36,666 nt of DNA from Proteiniphilum sp. (GTDB lineage Bacteria; Bacteroidota; Bacteroidia; Bacteroidales; Dysgonomonadaceae), in NCBI GenBank assembly GCA_031255275.1, contig JAIRSV010000152.1, positions 1-36,666 of the forward strand. The letters run 5' to 3'. Shown one piece after another: positions 33,739-36,666 of this stretch. The translations under genes were made by a program, and so were the position numbers. The notes beneath the pieces were generated by a model. The model saw only the letters and a program-made list of their open reading frames with translations, ran no database searches and had not been told where the DNA came from. The first letter of the stretch is position 1. Each line of letters begins with the position of its first letter.

Positions 33739-36639
33739 ATGAGGCTATTATTAAGATATATATCCATCTATTTTGTGCTGACCGTCTTTTTGCAAGGCTG
33801 TTTTGTCCGGAAGGCAGCCGTCGTAACGGATACGACGGCTGTTTCCGAACCGGTCTCGTCCGGGGATGTTCCCTCCGATTCGTCAGGGGGAAAGGGTTCC
33901 GAAATTCCGGCGCTGCCGCTTCTGCCTGACTCTGTCCGGACGCTGCCGGCTTTGGATTCTCTTTCTGTGACGGTTCCCGATTCTCTTTCCGTGACGATCC
34001 CGGATTCTCTCTCTGTGACGGTTCCCGATTCTCTTTCTGCGACAAGTCCCGATTCCGTTTCCGTTAAGCAGGTGCTGGAGACGTCGGTGTTTTATACGGC
34101 GCAGGATTCCATGATATTTACGGCCGACAATATGGGGTATCTCTACGGGGATGCCGACATTAAGTATGGTGACCTGTCCATCAAGGGGGAGTTTATTACT
34201 ATGGATATGGACAGTAATCTTATTTCTTCCACCTTCGGGCTTGATTCGGTGGGGAAGGAGTTTGGTTATCCTGTCTTTTCGGAGGGGGAGATGGAGTATG
34301 AGATGAAGAATGTGCGGTATAACTTCGACACGCGGAAGGCTTTTATCCATAACGTGATCACGCAGCAGGGAGATGGACATATCGTGGCCAGGGAGGCGAA
34401 GATGAATGCCGACAATTCGTTTTACATGCGGAATGCAAAGTATACTACGTGTGACCATTATGATCATCCGCACTTTTATCTGAACCTGTCGAGGGCTAAG
34501 GTGCGTCCCAACAAGGATGTCGTGACCGGCCCGGCCTGGCTGGTGGTGGCTGATGTGCCGCTTTTCCCGATTGTGCTTCCCTTTGCGTTCTTTCCCTTTA
34601 CGAAAACCTATTCGTCGGGGATCATTATGCCGAGCTATGGGGAGGAGATGACGCGGGGGTTTTATCTGCATAACGGCGGGTACTATTTCGCGCTGAGTGA
34701 TTATATTGATCTTGCCGTTACGGGTGAGCTTTACACAAAAGGGTCGTGGGGCGTGGGTGCGCGTTCCAACTACCGCAAACGGTACAAGTATTCGGGGAAC
34801 TTCAATATGTATTACCTCACTACGGTCACCGGGGAGAGGGAGCTGAAGGAGAGTGTGCCGGAGGCTTATTCGGTGGCGAAGGATCTCCGCATTAACTGGA
34901 CTCATTCGCAGGATCCGAAATCCAACATGTACCGTACCCTCTCGGCGAGCGTGAACTTCTCGACCAGCAGGAACAATCACCGGGATCTCAGCCGGCTCTA
35001 CTCGCGGGAAGCGTCGAACAATACCAAGAGTTCCAGCATAAACCTTACGCAGCGTTTTCCCGATTCGCCCTGGAGCCTCTCGGCCAACATAAGTATCAAC
35101 CAGGTGTCGCGAGACTCTACGATTGCCGTCACGGCGCCTAACCTTTCGGCTAACATGAGCCGTATTTATCCTTTCAAAAGAAAAAACGTGGTGGGGAGTG
35201 AACGGTGGTTCGAAAAAATATCGATGAGCTATTCGGGGGAGTTCCGGAATTCTATCTCGACCAAGGAGGACCGATTCCTGAAAGCGAACATTATCCGCGA
35301 CTGGACAAACGGTATGCGTCACAACATCCCGGTGAGCGCTACTTTCACGCTGTTTGACTTCATCCAGCTGTCGCCGTCGTTCAACTATACCGAGCGCTGG
35401 TATACGGGGGCGCACAAGCAGGCGTGGGATCCTGTTGCCAAAAGGCACGTCACGGTGGATACCATACACGGGCTGAGGCGTGTGTATGACTACAGCACGT
35501 CGCTCAGCGCTCAGACTAAATTCTACGGGATGTTTATTCCCTGGAAGATTTTCGGTGACAGGGTGCAGGCTATCCGGCACGTATTTTCGCCCAGCATCAG
35601 CCTGAGTTACCGTCCGGACTTCGGTGATCCGAAATATGATTTCTTCGAGACTTATACTTACAAAAACGAGTATGGTGAGGATGTGGAGTATACCTACTCG
35701 CCCTATTCCTCCATGATATTCGGGACGGCTCCCACGGGGAAGAGCGGGAGTGTCGGCTTTGACTTCAAGAATAACCTTGAGATGAAGGTGCGGAGCGACA
35801 GGGATTCTACGGGGGTGAGGAAGATCAGTCTGATTGATGACCTGGGGATTAACTTCAGTTATAACATGATGGCCGATTCCTTGAAGTGGAGTAATATTAA
35901 CTCGAATGTGCGCCTGAAATTTTCCAAGTCGTATACCCTCAGTCTGAATGCTGTTTGGGATCCTTATCTTTATGCGCTGGATCATAACGGTTCTCCCAGG
36001 AAGGTGAACAAGTTGAGGATTGCGAACGGGAAAGGTTTCGGGAAGTTGATGAGTACAGGTTCCTCCTTTTCTTATTCCCTTAATCCGGAAACGTTCAAAA
36101 GATGGTTCAGCCGCGGGGACAGGAGTACCGGCGCGAATGAGGGTGGCGGAGACGCGGCGATTTTGCCGGACGACGGTACTATTGGTGCTAACCCGTATGA
36201 GGAGGCTGGAAGGAGGAGTATGCCCGGCGCTGACGATGGTGAGGGGGAGATTGACAGCGATGGTTACCTGAAGAATACGGTTAACTGGAATCTCTCATTC
36301 AACTACTCTCTGCGGTATGGGTACGGGGACTTTAACCGTGACCGCATGGAGTATAACGGAAAGCTCACCCACAACTTTGGTCTGAACGGTTCCATTCAGC
36401 CGACAAAGAACTGGAATTTTACTTTCAATACCGATTATAATTTCGATCAGAAGAAGTTTACGAATCTCAACTGTACGCTTACCCGGAATTTGCATTGCTG
36501 GAGTATGTCGGCCAGTTTCATTCCCATCGGCCCCTACAAGTCTTATAACTTTACCATTCGAGCCAATTCGTCGCTTTTGCAGGATCTGAAATGGGATGAA
36601 CACAGTTCACCTTACGACAGAGGTAATAACTGGTACTGA
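33739..36639 (+). CDS. lptD: Putative LPS-assembly protein LptD (Bacteroidetes type)
   Basis: YTAQDSM, YLYGDA, YNFDTRKA, YTTCD...PHFY, GPAWLVVADVP, SGIIMPSYG, C-terminal RNLHCWSMS...SYNFTI...LLQDLK. Confidence 0.85.
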   Translation: MRLLLRYISIYFVLTVFLQGCFVRKAAVVTDTTAVSEPVSSGDVPSDSSGGKGSEIPALPLLPDSVRTLPALDSLSVTVPDSLSVTIPDSLSVTVPDSLSATSPDSVSVKQVLETSVFYTAQDSMIFTADNMGYLYGDADIKYGDLSIKGEFITMDMDSNLISSTFGLDSVGKEFGYPVFSEGEMEYEMKNVRYNFDTRKAFIHNVITQQGDGHIVAREAKMNADNSFYMRNAKYTTCDHYDHPHFYLNLSRAKVRPNKDVVTGPAWLVVADVPLFPIVLPFAFFPFTKTYSSGIIMPSYGEEMTRGFYLHNGGYYFALSDYIDLAVTGELYTKGSWGVGARSNYRKRYKYSGNFNMYYLTTVTGERELKESVPEAYSVAKDLRINWTHSQDPKSNMYRTLSASVNFSTSRNNHRDLSRLYSREASNNTKSSSINLTQRFPDSPWSLSANISINQVSRDSTIAVTAPNLSANMSRIYPFKRKNVVGSERWFEKISMSYSGEFRNSISTKEDRFLKANIIRDWTNGMRHNIPVSATFTLFDFIQLSPSFNYTERWYTGAHKQAWDPVAKRHVTVDTIHGLRRVYDYSTSLSAQTKFYGMFIPWKIFGDRVQAIRHVFSPSISLSYRPDFGDPKYDFFETYTYKNEYGEDVEYTYSPYSSMIFGTAPTGKSGSVGFDFKNNLEMKVRSDRDSTGVRKISLIDDLGINFSYNMMADSLKWSNINSNVRLKFSKSYTLSLNAVWDPYLYALDHNGSPRKVNKLRIANGKGFGKLMSTGSSFSYSLNPETFKRWFSRGDRSTGANEGGGDAAILPDDGTIGANPYEEAGRRSMPGADDGEGEIDSDGYLKNTVNWNLSFNYSLRYGYGDFNRDRMEYNGKLTHNFGLNGSIQPTKNWNFTFNTDYNFDQKKFTNLNCTLTRNLHCWSMSASFIPIGPYKSYNFTIRANSSLLQDLKWDEHSSPYDRGNNWY
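33955..34065 (+). repeat. In-frame 24-bp tandem repeat (DSLSVTVP-like, about 4.6 copies) in lptD
   Basis: Units at 33955, 33979, 34003, 34027 and 34051 (partial). Confidence 0.95.
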
Positions 36640-36666
36640 ATCTGCTTCGCGTTATTCGTGCTGCGC

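Noticed and set aside
33883-35985. 700-aa antisense ORF inside lptD
   Set aside because: Shadow frame, explained by scarcity of TTA/CTA/TCA codons in the sense gene; the translation has no protein-like motifs.

Overview
Core-chromosome segment of a Bacteroidales bacterium. TAnnTTTG promoters, general lack of Shine-Dalgarno sites and gene order support this; Dysgonomonadaceae/Porphyromonadaceae-like affinity is only an inference. Gene order: partial Bat-operon membrane protein, DUF58, moxR, lipB, lipA, a 1.3-kb repeat-rich intergenic region, hflX, small beta-barrel OMP, mnmA (all minus); recJ, recQ (plus); tRNA-Arg(ACG) (minus); an orphan beta-barrel gene, rplM-rpsI-rpsB-tsf (plus); PPTase, gldE, ssb, mutY (minus); HU, a 30-aa bS22-like ribosomal protein missed by the ORF track, RNase G/E (plus); priA, porin-family OMP (minus); a second repeat-containing intergenic region; GH43 lipoprotein, thrA-apgM-like-thrC and lptD-like (plus). 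No integrase, transposase, cas gene or true CRISPR array is visible, and I found no novel multi-gene system. The most unusual signals are non-genic: two different 21-bp palindrome-cored tandem arrays, a patchy strand-composition skew that flips within conserved genes/operons (judged by eye), a duplicated rplM promoter bracketing an orphan OMP gene, a Shine-Dalgarno-like site before bS22, a candidate sRNA and leader peptide upstream of thrA, and a tandem array of O-glycosylation sequons in LptD.
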